From Candidatus Syntropharchaeum caldarium (GTDB lineage: Archaea; Halobacteriota; Syntropharchaeia; Syntropharchaeales; Syntropharchaeaceae), in the NCBI GenBank assembly GCA_001766815.1, contig LYOS01000002.1, positions 39,777 to 103,776 of the forward strand: a DNA stretch of 64,000 nucleotides, read 5' to 3'. The notes beneath the pieces were generated by a model. That model was given only the letters and a program-made list of their open reading frames with translations, had not been told where the DNA came from and did no database searches. This document shows, piece by piece, positions 1 through 10,047 of the stretch; positions within the stretch are counted from its first letter, which is position 1, and every line of letters starts with the position of its first letter. A program made the translations under genes and the position numbers.

Positions 1-318
1 ACAAACAGCGAGCTTACAGGAGAAATAACGGCATTTATAGGTATCGTGATCGAGAATGGTGATGTGATGGGGGTGGTGGATGAACTAAAAAAAAGACCGG
101 ATATTCTCGAGATTTATGAGACGCTTGAACCATACGATATCTTCCTGAAAGTGAGAACCACCGATATCCATACGCTTAAGAACGAACTCATAAATCCGAT
201 TTCAGAGATCGATGGTGTTGTTGAGATCAGAAGCATATTAACAACTCGCCGACACAAGGAACAAACCACAAAGATTGGCATGAATGTAAAAGAGGATCTG
301 AGGAGTTTAAATGTATGA
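1..318 (+). CDS. Lrp/AsnC-family transcriptional regulator, C-terminal (ligand-binding RAM domain) part; 5' end outside window
   Basis: Frame 1 is open from nt 1 (TNSELTGEITAFIGIVIENGD...). The sequence looks like the C-terminal effector domain of Lrp/AsnC regulators. The track ORF at 46..318 is the same frame. Confidence 0.55.
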   Translation, partial: TNSELTGEITAFIGIVIENGDVMGVVDELKKRPDILEIYETLEPYDIFLKVRTTDIHTLKNELINPISEIDGVVEIRSILTTRRHKEQTTKIGMNVKEDLRSLNV

Positions 319-336
319 AACTGGCGTGGAGGAATT

Positions 337-624
337 ATGATGCTTGATATCTTGGAGCAGATGAACGGGCTTATCACAGCAACGATTTTCCTGATAGGTG
401 GAGCACTGATCATCTTTATTTACGATGCGTATAAGCAAACACAGAATAAAAATCTTCTGGCTCTCGCACTCGGGCTTTTCATCCTGATAATTGCAGGCAA
501 TATCCCCTCGCTCGTGTATCTCTTTGCATCGGATAGAATAGAGCTGATCGAAGCGCTAACAATCTCTCAATACACACAGATGGCTGGTATCATTGTAATA
601 CTCTACTCTGCACTTAGAGCGTAG
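337..624 (+). CDS. small hydrophobic membrane protein, hypothetical
   Basis: 95-aa ORF with two or three predicted TM helices (LITATIFLIGGALIIFIY, LALALGLFILIIAG). No recognisable motif. Confidence 0.35.
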   Translation: MMLDILEQMNGLITATIFLIGGALIIFIYDAYKQTQNKNLLALALGLFILIIAGNIPSLVYLFASDRIELIEALTISQYTQMAGIIVILYSALRA

Positions 625-655
625 ATTTTGAGTTGTCAGGATGGAGACAGGATAG

Positions 656-1147
656 ATGGAACGATCTAAACGATTTGCACAGGAATGGCAGGCAATCGGG
701 CTGACAAGCCGCATGAAGTGGAGAAAGAACAGAAAGGGTGAGATCACTCCACTGGTTGCAGCAAAGATCGTTGAAACCTTCGGGGGAAAAGGGCTTGAGG
801 TGCTCTCTGCTGCTTATGAAGAAGTTGGAGAACACGACGGCTCAAAAATCGCAGAGAGTCTCCGTATCAAGAGTGAAGAAATTTCTGCTGCAATATCGGT
901 TGTAGAAACTCTATGCATCATCTATGGAATTCATTCAATCTGTGAGAGAGATGAAGATGGATCATTTGTACTGACACTTGATGCCTGTCCATTTGAGGAT
1001 ACACTGACACTTTACAGGGAGACGCTCTGCATATACTACCTGCGCGGACTCATACATGCGATAAACAGGGATATCGACGTTAAGATTACAGGAAAAATCT
1101 GTGAAGGCGATAAAACGTGCAGGTTCAGGTTTGAGATCAAATCATAG
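656..1147 (+). CDS. hypothetical protein, possible V4R-like small-molecule-binding domain
   Basis: 163-aa ORF. C-terminal region (LDACPFE...GLIHA...GDKTCRFRFE) resembles the Cys-containing 4-vinyl-reductase (V4R) fold of methanogen proteins. Weak assignment. Confidence 0.4.
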   Translation: MERSKRFAQEWQAIGLTSRMKWRKNRKGEITPLVAAKIVETFGGKGLEVLSAAYEEVGEHDGSKIAESLRIKSEEISAAISVVETLCIIYGIHSICERDEDGSFVLTLDACPFEDTLTLYRETLCIYYLRGLIHAINRDIDVKITGKICEGDKTCRFRFEIKS

Positions 1148-1152
1148 TATGA

Positions 1153-1443
1153 TCAGACAAGAACTCCAACCATCGCTTCTGTGAGTTCGTCGAACTTTGA
1201 GATGATCCGATCCACTGCATCCTTCAGGATTGTACGGGGTCCACGATCTCCTTCTTTTGTCCTGATGTACATTATGGGGTTACTGATCGTCGGGAACTTG
1301 ATATCATAGGTTGCAACAAGCACATCTGGATCTTCAAGCAGGGACGATTTCAGGAGATTCATAAATGTATGCCCCTCGCCTACAAACTCAAGTTCAAGTT
1401 CTCCTGCCCCCTCTCGCAGAACTTTAAGCTCGATATCCTTCAT
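1153..1443 (-). CDS. rpoL: DNA-directed RNA polymerase subunit L (Rpb11 homologue)
   Basis: 96 aa. MKDIELKVL...GEGHTFMNLL...ATYDIKFP matches archaeal RpoL. Overlaps the upstream csl4 by 4 nt, a conserved csl4-rpoL pairing. Confidence 0.8.
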   Translation of the reverse strand: MKDIELKVLREGAGELELEFVGEGHTFMNLLKSSLLEDPDVLVATYDIKFPTISNPIMYIRTKEGDRGPRTILKDAVDRIISKFDELTEAMVGVLV

Positions 1444-2051
1444 ACAAGACCTTTCCCATAGTCACTCGATATCTTTCGGGTCTCGGTTCGCTCACATTCT
1501 GGACACTCAAGCACCTTATTCTTGCGTATCATTCCAACCTTGCACTTTGAACAGAATGCTTTGATAACGCCGTGGCGAGGATGAGTTGTATCAATCCTCA
1601 ACGTCGCAGGATCAAGTATACGCCCTTTTATAATATCCTGATATCCAAACTCATGCTTCAGATCTGAGACGTAGGATTTTTTTACATTTGAGACGTGGAT
1701 TGCAGCCATTATATCACCGGCAATCTCCCGATTTTCAGACCCCTCGATGAAAGCGAGGTCAACAAGCACAACAGAACTCTTGATCCCTGAAACGGTTCCA
1801 TAGACGATGTCCCCGCGCTTAATAACTGGTGGTGCATCACACAGTGGTTTTACACCGATAACCCGTTTCTTTGGGTCTTCAACGACCGTACCAACAATGG
1901 TCGCATATATATTACCCTTCTCATCAAAAGCTCCTTCTCCTGTGGTGTACTCCTCAGATATACCGATAATATCACCTGGCAATACGGTCTTTGCCCTTTC
2001 TGCTTTTGGTTCAGTCGCAGCCACGCCTTCTCCATCTACCATTCTTTTCAC
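1440..2051 (-). CDS. csl4: exosome complex RNA-binding protein Csl4
   Basis: 203 aa. N-terminal domain, central S1 fold and a C-terminal Zn-ribbon (CSKCK...CPEC). Order and size typical of archaeal Csl4. Confidence 0.8.
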   Translation of the reverse strand: MKRMVDGEGVAATEPKAERAKTVLPGDIIGISEEYTTGEGAFDEKGNIYATIVGTVVEDPKKRVIGVKPLCDAPPVIKRGDIVYGTVSGIKSSVVLVDLAFIEGSENREIAGDIMAAIHVSNVKKSYVSDLKHEFGYQDIIKGRILDPATLRIDTTHPRHGVIKAFCSKCKVGMIRKNKVLECPECERTETRKISSDYGKGLV

Positions 2052-2154
2052 ACCTGTGATTATCTACCCACCTGATTTAAATAAAGCTTTCGATGGACAG
2101 AGATCTAAATACGCAACCAAACCTAAATATACGATCAGATCGGATGGAAATAAT

Positions 2155-3069
2155 ATGAGCAGGAGAGGGCCACTTGAGCGTTACTTTGAGATCGTGAGAG
2201 GAAAGCGGGATGCTGCGTATCTTATGACAAAACAAACCATCATGGAGGATGGGAGAACGCTTCTTGACCATAAGCTTGCAGCAGCGGAAACAATGATGGA
2301 GAGCTGCCACCTATGTGAACGAAGGTGCAATGCAGACCGCAGGAGTGGAGAAGTTGGATACTGCGGTGTTGATGCCGTATCCAGGATTGCATCTGAGTTT
2401 CTTCATTTTGGTGAGGAGGAAGAACTTGTCCCATCCCACACGATCTTCTTTACAGGCTGCACATTCTCGTGTGTTTACTGTCAGAACTGGGATATTGCAA
2501 CATCTCCACAGTCAGGCACACCAGCCCTCCCTGAAATTGTCTGTGAGGCGATTGTGCGGCGCAATATCGAGGGTGCAAGGAATGTTAACTTTGTTGGCGG
2601 CGATCCAACACCACACATCCCAACAATACTTCGGATTCTCAACCGCTGCAATGTAAACACACCCATCATCTTCAACTCAAATATGTATCTATCAAACGAG
2701 GGGATGGAACTGCTCGATGGTATCGTTGATCTGTATCTCGGTGATTTCAGGTATGGGAATGATGCCTGTGCAAAGAAATACTCAAATGTTGATCGATACT
2801 GGGAGGTTGTAACACGAAACTTCATGTCTGCAGCCGCAGATGCCGAGGTTCTCATCAGACATCTCGTTCTCCCAGGACATCTTGACTGCTGCACCCGTCC
2901 AATAATGGAGTGGACGGCAGCAAATATGGATAGAGTACGGTTCAATCTGATGTTTCAGTACCATCCATCTTACAGGGCAAATCTCTACCCTGAGATTGAC
3001 AGGCGCCTCACACACGATGAGATGGCATATGCGACGGAGATGTATAACAGCTTACTTGCTGAACCATGA
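2155..3069 (+). CDS. radical SAM enzyme, PFL-activating-enzyme-like (possibly the AmmeMemoRadiSam-system radical SAM)
   Basis: CX3CX2C motif (GCTFSCVYCQNW) plus an upstream Cys cluster (CHLCERRCNADRRSGEVGYCG). The first ATG after the csl4 stop is 2155. The track's 1807 start is an antisense extension into csl4. Confidence 0.75.
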   Translation: MSRRGPLERYFEIVRGKRDAAYLMTKQTIMEDGRTLLDHKLAAAETMMESCHLCERRCNADRRSGEVGYCGVDAVSRIASEFLHFGEEEELVPSHTIFFTGCTFSCVYCQNWDIATSPQSGTPALPEIVCEAIVRRNIEGARNVNFVGGDPTPHIPTILRILNRCNVNTPIIFNSNMYLSNEGMELLDGIVDLYLGDFRYGNDACAKKYSNVDRYWEVVTRNFMSAAADAEVLIRHLVLPGHLDCCTRPIMEWTAANMDRVRFNLMFQYHPSYRANLYPEIDRRLTHDEMAYATEMYNSLLAEP

Positions 3070-3911
3070 GAAAAAAACCAGAAAGTGATCCGGATCTGAT
3101 CGCACAGGCAGCCCAGCTTGCGATGCTTCTTGAGGTATCTGCATCCCCAAAGGCTGGAAATGTTGATAGGTGCCACGACTACCCTGATACCAGGTATGAG
3201 GACTTTCTTGCATCCTCTGTCGCTGTATATCCTGTCTTTAGAAAAGCGGCATTAAAGGACACTGGGGTGGGAAAACTCATCTTTGAGGCGGTTGAAGCAA
3301 GTAAAAGGTGGCACACCGGCGGTAACACGCATTTTGGAGCGTTTATACTACTCATCCCACTTGTAATGGCAGGAGGGGTACAGGATCTTGCAAAAGAGAT
3401 TGTTAGAGGCACTGGGTGGCAGGATGCCATAGATTTCTACCGTGCATTCGCTATCGCAGGTGTAAGGGTTGGAAAGGTCAATGATCTCAATCTTGGTAGC
3501 CAGGAGTCTCTTGATCGAATAAGGGAGGAAAAAATTACGCTCTTTGATATATTCAAGATCTCATCATCTTACGATTCGGTATCTGCTGAGTGGATAAACG
3601 GCTTTGAACGATCATTCAAATACGCGTGGATTGTTGGCACCAATGTCCGCGAGTACGGGATGAACGACGGTATTGTCCTAACATTCATGCAACTACTTGC
3701 GGAATATCCTGATACATTCATCGCGATGAAATCTGGAAATGAAACCGCACTCGATATCTCAGCGACTGCCTCAAAACTTGCCTGTGAGTTTGATCTTGAT
3801 AAAATCAGGTCGTTCGATGAAGAACTCATTGAAAGAGGAATAAACCCTGGTGCCACGGCCGATATGATCATCGCATCCATATTTATAGCACTCATCAAGG
3901 GGTGGCTTTAG
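3066..3911 (+). CDS. triphosphoribosyl-dephospho-CoA synthase (CitG/MdcB) family protein
   Basis: 281 aa with SASPKAGNVDR and GGNTHFGAFILL motifs typical of CitG/MdcB-type ATP:dephospho-CoA triphosphoribosyl transferases. 4-nt overlap with the upstream radical SAM gene. Confidence 0.65.
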   Translation: MRKKPESDPDLIAQAAQLAMLLEVSASPKAGNVDRCHDYPDTRYEDFLASSVAVYPVFRKAALKDTGVGKLIFEAVEASKRWHTGGNTHFGAFILLIPLVMAGGVQDLAKEIVRGTGWQDAIDFYRAFAIAGVRVGKVNDLNLGSQESLDRIREEKITLFDIFKISSSYDSVSAEWINGFERSFKYAWIVGTNVREYGMNDGIVLTFMQLLAEYPDTFIAMKSGNETALDISATASKLACEFDLDKIRSFDEELIERGINPGATADMIIASIFIALIKGWL

Positions 3912-5948
3912 ATGCTGTATGATATCATCATCTGGTATCTTTTTTTCCTTTTAGCAGGGCTGATCGCGCTCCCGTTTGTTAAAGATATTGGGTATGCATC
4001 TTCAAAGGCTGTTGCCATTCTTGTTACAACTTATCTCACATTTATAACAGGTTATCTGTATTGCTATGATCTCATAACCGTTGTTACCTCTTTTCTTCTC
4101 CTTGCGACGATTGCTGCAGGATATATGATATATCGCAAGGATTTTAAGATTCAGTGGAAGGTTTTTATCGAGTTTGAACTGGTGTTTGCGGTCGCTTTTT
4201 TCATTTTCGCGCTGGTGCGTGCATTCTCCCCTGAGATCTACTTCACAGGTGGTGAGAAGCTTGGTGAGCTCGGATTTTTGAATGCGATCCTGAGATCGGG
4301 ATCCTTCCCACCGTACGATCCCTACTTTGGCGGTGAGCCGATGCAGTACTACTATTTTGGGCATCTGATCGTTGCAAACATCATAAAACTCACGGGTATA
4401 AGCCCTGAAGTAGGATTTAACCTTGCAACAGCCTCTCTTTTTGCCCTGAGTGTTCAGATTGCATACGGTCTCGGATTCAGGCTGAATATTCGTCGCGCAT
4501 ACGCTATGATAACCGTAGTCTTTCTTCTGATACTTGGAAATCTATCAGGTATCATCCAGTTTCTGCTTCAACATGCATCAGACCCATCTTCTGCCATCTA
4601 CTTCAACTACTGGTATGCATCGCGGATAATCCCGGATACGATCAATGAATTCCCGTACTTCAGCTTTCTGCATGGTGATCTGCACCCCCACATGATCGCG
4701 ATACCGTTTAAAATTATGCTCCTGACCCTCTTTCTACAACTTCTTTCTGAAAAAAAAGATAATACAGCTTTCGTAATTGCAGCTGGATTCTTCACAGGTT
4801 TTTTAGCACCACTTAACACCTGGGATTATCCTGTATTTTTATTGTTGCTTCTTATAATCCTATGGACTGGACGATACGGTCTTGATAAGATTGCTCTTTC
4901 GATATCAGCTGCCATAATCCCCTATCTACCGTTTCTCCTCTCAACCACAGGACGCGGAATCGGTTTTGTCACAGAACGAACAGAGCTTATCAACTTCTTT
5001 GTAATACATGGTTTATTTCTTTTCATACTCTTCTCATACCTCTTATTGAGGCTTGAGAGAAAATATCAGAACTATCTCATCATTATGATCCTTATTCTGC
5101 TTCCGATATCTTATCTCATACAGTTCCAGACACTATTTCTGCTACTGCCGCTCATCATCCTGCCGCTGTGGCTTCGATTCTGGGATGGTGGAGCAGATCA
5201 CGCCTTTATAGATATTCTCATTCTTGTCGGGGCTCTTATCGCGCTTGGTTGCGAACTCTTCTACGTCGATGATGCTTTCACTGGAAAAATTGAGCGCCTG
5301 AACACGGTATTCAAGCTCTACCTGAATGTATGGATCTTCTGGGCAATTGCATCTGCTTATGCACTCAGAAATATCCTCATGCAACCTGGAAGACATGGTA
5401 TGATGAGACGTATCTGGACGATCACACTTACGATACTTCTGATCTCAGCCTCGATCTATCCTGTTTTTGCAACATCGGGGAGATCTCATGCATTTGGGGT
5501 TAAACCAACGCTTGATGGCTTAGCATGGGCAAGAGATGAGTTTACATCTGATATGGATGCTCTTGATTGGATAAATAAGAACATAGATGGACATCCAGTA
5601 TTTCTAACCGTGCCTGCACAGGACTACAGGTGGGATTCGAGGGTTGCATCTGTAACAGGAGTTCCCATCATAATTGGATGGATGGGAGAGGAGATAATGT
5701 GGAGAGGGGATCGCGAAGAAGTTAACAGGAGATTGAAGGATGTATCAAAGGTGCTATCTTCAGATAAAATCGATTCTGAGGTGATAGCGATCCTTGAAGA
5801 TTACAATGTAAGTTATATCTACATAGGGGAGATTGAAAGGACGAAGTTTCCTGAGGGTGTTCTGAAGTTTGATGGCTGGAGTGGGTGCGAGGCTGTCTTT
5901 AAGAATGAGGGGGTTACAATCTTTGAGCTTCTGGATGAAAACGCTTAA
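3912..5948 (+). CDS. large polytopic membrane protein, Chlor_Arch_YYY / DUF2298 family with C-terminal extracytoplasmic domain
   Basis: 678 aa, more than 12 TM helices. Has the signature FPPYDPYFGGEPMQYYYFGH (YYY motif). Start codon abuts the CitG-like stop. Confidence 0.7.
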   Translation: MLYDIIIWYLFFLLAGLIALPFVKDIGYASSKAVAILVTTYLTFITGYLYCYDLITVVTSFLLLATIAAGYMIYRKDFKIQWKVFIEFELVFAVAFFIFALVRAFSPEIYFTGGEKLGELGFLNAILRSGSFPPYDPYFGGEPMQYYYFGHLIVANIIKLTGISPEVGFNLATASLFALSVQIAYGLGFRLNIRRAYAMITVVFLLILGNLSGIIQFLLQHASDPSSAIYFNYWYASRIIPDTINEFPYFSFLHGDLHPHMIAIPFKIMLLTLFLQLLSEKKDNTAFVIAAGFFTGFLAPLNTWDYPVFLLLLLIILWTGRYGLDKIALSISAAIIPYLPFLLSTTGRGIGFVTERTELINFFVIHGLFLFILFSYLLLRLERKYQNYLIIMILILLPISYLIQFQTLFLLLPLIILPLWLRFWDGGADHAFIDILILVGALIALGCELFYVDDAFTGKIERLNTVFKLYLNVWIFWAIASAYALRNILMQPGRHGMMRRIWTITLTILLISASIYPVFATSGRSHAFGVKPTLDGLAWARDEFTSDMDALDWINKNIDGHPVFLTVPAQDYRWDSRVASVTGVPIIIGWMGEEIMWRGDREEVNRRLKDVSKVLSSDKIDSEVIAILEDYNVSYIYIGEIERTKFPEGVLKFDGWSGCEAVFKNEGVTIFELLDENA

Positions 5949-5990
5949 TATATATACTGCTGCTTTAATTTAATATCTGGAGGATCGTCC

Positions 5991-6863
5991 TTGAATCCAT
6001 GTGAATGGGAAGAGAAGCAGCTAATCGAGAATCGACTGAATCGCATTCTTGATGAGATCGATGACTGGCCCCACAACAGGGAAATCATGCAGTATATAAT
6101 TCGTTCAGGTGGTAAACGAACCCGTTCAATCATCGTTCTCCTCACATGCGAGCTTACTGGTGGCGATGCACGTGATGCGGTCGATGCCGCGGTCGCGGTT
6201 GAGTTCTCGCATATCGCATCACTCATTCATGATGACATCCTCGATGCAGGCAAGATGCGGCATGGAATCCCAACGATTTACGAGAAGTACGGGCTCGATC
6301 AGGCGATATTGATCGGTGATTTTCTTATATCAAACTCAATCTTTCTTGGATCAACGTATGACGAGGCTGTGATAAAGGATCTTGCTCTGGCTACGATGAA
6401 CATGGCAGAAGGAGAGATCCTCGATACAGCAAGCAGAACCGATCCATATTTTGACGAGGATAAATACTATGACCTGATAGAAAAAAAGACAGCCTCACTC
6501 TTCTCAGCTGCTGCCTCTATCGGTGGCAGAATCGGGGGTGCATCAGAGAAGGAGGTTTTAATGCTTAAGGAGATTGGCACAAAGGCAGGAATCGCATACC
6601 AGATCCTTGATGACCTTCTTGAATTTTTAAACCTTGAGATAGACAAACACTCAAGCGATGCATCCGTTACACTACCCCTAATTCTAAACAAAACGATGGA
6701 AGAGGAAGAAGTTAAATTTGAATGTATCGAGCGGATCAGGTCGCTTGTTGGTGGCTGCATGGATCTTATAAACGCGTTTCCAGAATCACCTGCTCGCAAA
6801 CGCCTGATTCAGGTGATTGAGTACATGACCCTCGAACAGCTCAAAGATGAATGCTATCTCTGA
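5991..6863 (+). CDS. polyprenyl synthetase family protein (short-chain trans-isoprenyl diphosphate synthase, GGPP-synthase-like)
   Basis: GGKRTR, FARM IHDDILD, second Asp-rich motif degenerate (DDLLE). TTG start as in the track; an internal Met start is possible. Confidence 0.75.
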   Translation: MNPCEWEEKQLIENRLNRILDEIDDWPHNREIMQYIIRSGGKRTRSIIVLLTCELTGGDARDAVDAAVAVEFSHIASLIHDDILDAGKMRHGIPTIYEKYGLDQAILIGDFLISNSIFLGSTYDEAVIKDLALATMNMAEGEILDTASRTDPYFDEDKYYDLIEKKTASLFSAAASIGGRIGGASEKEVLMLKEIGTKAGIAYQILDDLLEFLNLEIDKHSSDASVTLPLILNKTMEEEEVKFECIERIRSLVGGCMDLINAFPESPARKRLIQVIEYMTLEQLKDECYL

Positions 6864-7482
6864 TCTTATCAACCGTCTTCCATGAGTGCCTGATGACGCG
6901 CAACATAGACTCGTCCTGACGCTTCAGTGCTTCAGCCACAAACGCGCGGCTTTCAGGATCCGCGGGGTATCCACTCCCGATCGTGCATCCAAGCTCTTCT
7001 TCGAGTTTCATCATCAGGTTATCTCTTGTGACCTTTGCAACAATCGATGCCGCAGATACGATCAGATATTTTACATCAGCGTTGTGCTCTGATGTGATCT
7101 TTGCAGGAGAAGCGAGAAGCTTTTTGAGATTCAGTCCAAAACGCTGGGCATTTACGTCTGCAGCATCAACATATACTTCATCGGGCATGATCCTGTTGAT
7201 CACCTGTGCATGTGCTTTTAAAACGATCTCATTCATCGTCATAACTTTTCTCAGTTCATCGATCATCTGAGCACCAACCTCAAGCACGTGCCATGATGTG
7301 ATCTCTTTGATCTCAACGGCAAGCGCTTCACGCTTCTTCTTTGAGATCTTCTTTGAATCTTTAATACCAAGCGTTTCAAGATTGTGGAGATCTGCTTTTT
7401 CGAGTGCAACACACGCAACACACATCGGTCCAACAACAGGTCCCTTTCCTGCCTCATCAACGCCCGCAACAACTACCATCAA
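6841..7482 (-). CDS. rnhB: ribonuclease HII
   Basis: VAGVDEAGKGPVVGPM catalytic start, DSK, and full-length similarity to RNase HII (213 aa). Confidence 0.9.
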   Translation of the reverse strand: MMVVVAGVDEAGKGPVVGPMCVACVALEKADLHNLETLGIKDSKKISKKKREALAVEIKEITSWHVLEVGAQMIDELRKVMTMNEIVLKAHAQVINRIMPDEVYVDAADVNAQRFGLNLKKLLASPAKITSEHNADVKYLIVSAASIVAKVTRDNLMMKLEEELGCTIGSGYPADPESRAFVAEALKRQDESMLRVIRHSWKTVDKIRDSIHL

Positions 7483-7521
7483 TCAGAAACTACTTATCTT
7501 ACCACGACTATTAAAGTTATC

Positions 7522-8559
7522 ATGCAGGAGAAATCTAACCATGATCGTATCTTTTATATTATTTGCGGGATTGTCCTGCTTCTTGCATTTCTACTTTTAC
7601 TGAGGGCTGTCTCCCCGCTCTTTGATGGGATTATCCTGGGAGTCGTCTTTGCCTATGTTGCAAGACCGATAAAGAGAAAGCTTACGGTTCTTGGCGAGGT
7701 GCTTTCATCAGCGATCGCAACACTGTGTATCATCATCCCGATCGTATTAATCGTTATACTGGGGATTAGTGAGGCGATACGGCAACTTATCTGGCTAAGT
7801 TCGAAGCAGGAAGAGATCCTGAGTAAAACGTTGGGACTTCTGGGTTCAGATTTAGTTCCAGCGGATATCACAAATATGATCCATCAACGGCTACCAGAGA
7901 TCCTGGATTACGTCACACCCATCCTTCACTCGATAATATCCATCGAGACGACGATAAACATGGGTATCCTCCTCCTTAATGTCTTTGTACTCATCGTTGT
8001 TGCCTACTACCTCCTTGCAGATGGTTCAAAGATCGTCACCGCCATCCTCAAGCTTGTACCTCTCGGAAAAGAGGATGTGGCATTGCAATACATACGTGAG
8101 GTCGATGATATAATTGCAGGGATATATGTTGGAAACTTCTTTGTCGCACTCCTGATCGGTCTTTTATCTGTTCCTTTCCTCTTTGCCTTCAAAGTGCCGA
8201 TGGTTGCGCTGATTGCAAGCCTCGTATTTCTTGCGGCTCTGGTACCACTTCTTGCAAAGTGGATGATCTGGGTTCCAATCTCAATCTATCTCTTCTACAC
8301 ATCCGGGATATATCCTGCAATCGCTTTCTTCATTCTGGTTCTGATTTTCATCGACGTCGCACCTGAGTTTTTTATACGACCAAAGCTCATAGGCTTGACG
8401 TCAAAGATACACCCGCTCCTGCTGCTTCTTGCTTTCATCGGTGGCGGCATTACAGGTGGTATCGCAGGATTCTTTGGGGCGCCTGTACTTGTTGGAATCC
8501 TCGTAGGATCGTATAACGTCTATACCATGAGTGAGAAAGAGGAAGAAACGGAGGTATGA
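7522..8559 (+). CDS. AI-2E family (PerM/UPF0118) transporter
   Basis: 345 aa, about 8 TM helices, with the conserved Gly-rich tail (IGGGITGGIAGFFGAPV). The start was moved to the first ATG beyond rnhB; the track's 7384 start overlaps rnhB antisense. Confidence 0.7.
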   Translation: MQEKSNHDRIFYIICGIVLLLAFLLLLRAVSPLFDGIILGVVFAYVARPIKRKLTVLGEVLSSAIATLCIIIPIVLIVILGISEAIRQLIWLSSKQEEILSKTLGLLGSDLVPADITNMIHQRLPEILDYVTPILHSIISIETTINMGILLLNVFVLIVVAYYLLADGSKIVTAILKLVPLGKEDVALQYIREVDDIIAGIYVGNFFVALLIGLLSVPFLFAFKVPMVALIASLVFLAALVPLLAKWMIWVPISIYLFYTSGIYPAIAFFILVLIFIDVAPEFFIRPKLIGLTSKIHPLLLLLAFIGGGITGGIAGFFGAPVLVGILVGSYNVYTMSEKEEETEV

Positions 8560-8562
8560 CCA

Positions 8563-9489
8563 ATGGGCTCCAGACACTTCGAAGGCGGACTTACTGGACT
8601 CGCTATCGGTGACGCACTCGGAATGCAGGTTGAAGGTTTAAGCTCCTATGAGTTTATCAGTGATTATGGTGATGCAAGGGTTGATTCTGTGAATTACCCG
8701 CTCAAAGCAGGCCAGTACACCGATGATACGCTTCAGATGCTCATCCTCACCGATTCAATCCTTGAGGCAGGTGGGTTTGATATTTCATCCTTCACAGCAG
8801 CACTTAAATCATGGGGCAGGGAGATCATGAATGATCTGACCCTATCCCGTGGGATTGGACCAACCAGTATCGATGCGATCCAGAAACTACTCGATGGTGT
8901 ACACTGGGAAAAATCAGGGGGCATGAATCCAACGTGTGGTTCTGCAATGAGGGTTGCACCGATAGGACTGCTTTATTCTCATGATCTTGATCTGACAGCC
9001 GAAATGGCGGCAAAATCGAGTATTCCAACACACAGAAGTGATGAATCAATTGCAGGAGCTGTTGCAGTGGCTGTTATTATTGCAGGGGTAGCTTCAGGGA
9101 TTGATATATTAAATGCAGCAAAAAAAGCAGTAGATTATGCAGAAGCATACTCAAAAAAGTTTTCTGATAAGATTCGGCTTGCAATCTCGCTCAGAGACGA
9201 TCCACCAGAGATGGTGTTTAAGACAATCGGGACGTCGATTCTCGCCATCGAGAGTGTTCCAGCCGCGATATTTGCTGCACTTCATGGGAGAAACTTCGAG
9301 GATGCGCTGCTCATTGCGGTTAATCATGGCGGTGATACCGATTCAATCGGGGCAATGACAGGTGCGATCAGAGGTACGATGCATGGTCTTGATGGCATAC
9401 CACAGAGATGGCTCGATGGACTTGAGGATTGTGCCAGGATCACCAGCTATGCAAAAAGATTATATGCCTTGCATGAAATGATCTTCTGA
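8563..9489 (+). CDS. ADP-ribosylglycohydrolase family protein (DraG-like)
   Basis: GLAIGDALG, QYTDDT, DTDSIGAM motifs of ADP-ribosyl hydrolases. 308 aa. Confidence 0.8.
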   Translation: MGSRHFEGGLTGLAIGDALGMQVEGLSSYEFISDYGDARVDSVNYPLKAGQYTDDTLQMLILTDSILEAGGFDISSFTAALKSWGREIMNDLTLSRGIGPTSIDAIQKLLDGVHWEKSGGMNPTCGSAMRVAPIGLLYSHDLDLTAEMAAKSSIPTHRSDESIAGAVAVAVIIAGVASGIDILNAAKKAVDYAEAYSKKFSDKIRLAISLRDDPPEMVFKTIGTSILAIESVPAAIFAALHGRNFEDALLIAVNHGGDTDSIGAMTGAIRGTMHGLDGIPQRWLDGLEDCARITSYAKRLYALHEMIF

Positions 9490-10001
9490 TGAGTACGCCA
9501 GAAGAACACAGGAAAGGAGCGAGAGAGCGGTTTGACCTATCTCTGATCACGATATCAACTTCCAAGTACTTTGATCGTGAGCGTGATGACCTGTCAGGTA
9601 AACTTGCAAGAGCGATACTCGAGAAAGCTGGGCACACGGTTTCATCAATGATTATTCTGCCTGATCAGAAAGATATGATCAGACGTGAGCTGCTCCGACT
9701 TATATTATCTGATACAGATGCAATCATAACAAGCGGAGGCACAGGACTTACCCCCGATGATCTCACGATCGAGACGATCGCACCACTCTTCAAGAAAGAG
9801 ATCACTGGTTTTGGTGAGCTATTCAGGAGATTGAGCTATGAGCAAATCGGTACAGCCTCAATGCTTTCGCGTGCTGCTGCTGGTGTGATCGAAGGGAAGC
9901 TGATCATCTGCCTGCCTGGCTCACCAGATGCGGTAAAACTCGCGCTCGAAGAGATAATCGTGCCAGAGCTTCCTCACCTGATGCGCCACATATCAGGGTA
10001 G
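9489..10001 (+). CDS. moaB: molybdenum cofactor biosynthesis protein B (MoaB/MogA family)
   Basis: 170 aa. ITSGGTGLTPDDLT and GSPDA motifs of MogA/MoaB. Confidence 0.8.
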   Translation: MSTPEEHRKGARERFDLSLITISTSKYFDRERDDLSGKLARAILEKAGHTVSSMIILPDQKDMIRRELLRLILSDTDAIITSGGTGLTPDDLTIETIAPLFKKEITGFGELFRRLSYEQIGTASMLSRAAAGVIEGKLIICLPGSPDAVKLALEEIIVPELPHLMRHISG

Positions 10002-10047
10002 ATAACAATACTTATTTAAAACAGCGTGGATAATCACCTGTGATTCA

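Noticed and set aside
1807-2154. 5' extension of the radical SAM ORF (track start 1807) running antisense through csl4
   Set aside because: The extension overlaps the well-supported csl4 on the opposite strand and has low-complexity composition. The first ATG after the csl4 stop (2155) gives a normal-length radical SAM protein.
7384-7521. N-terminal extension of the AI-2E transporter ORF overlapping rnhB
   Set aside because: The extension is antisense to RNase HII coding sequence and has no membrane-protein character. The Met at 7522 precedes the first TM helix.
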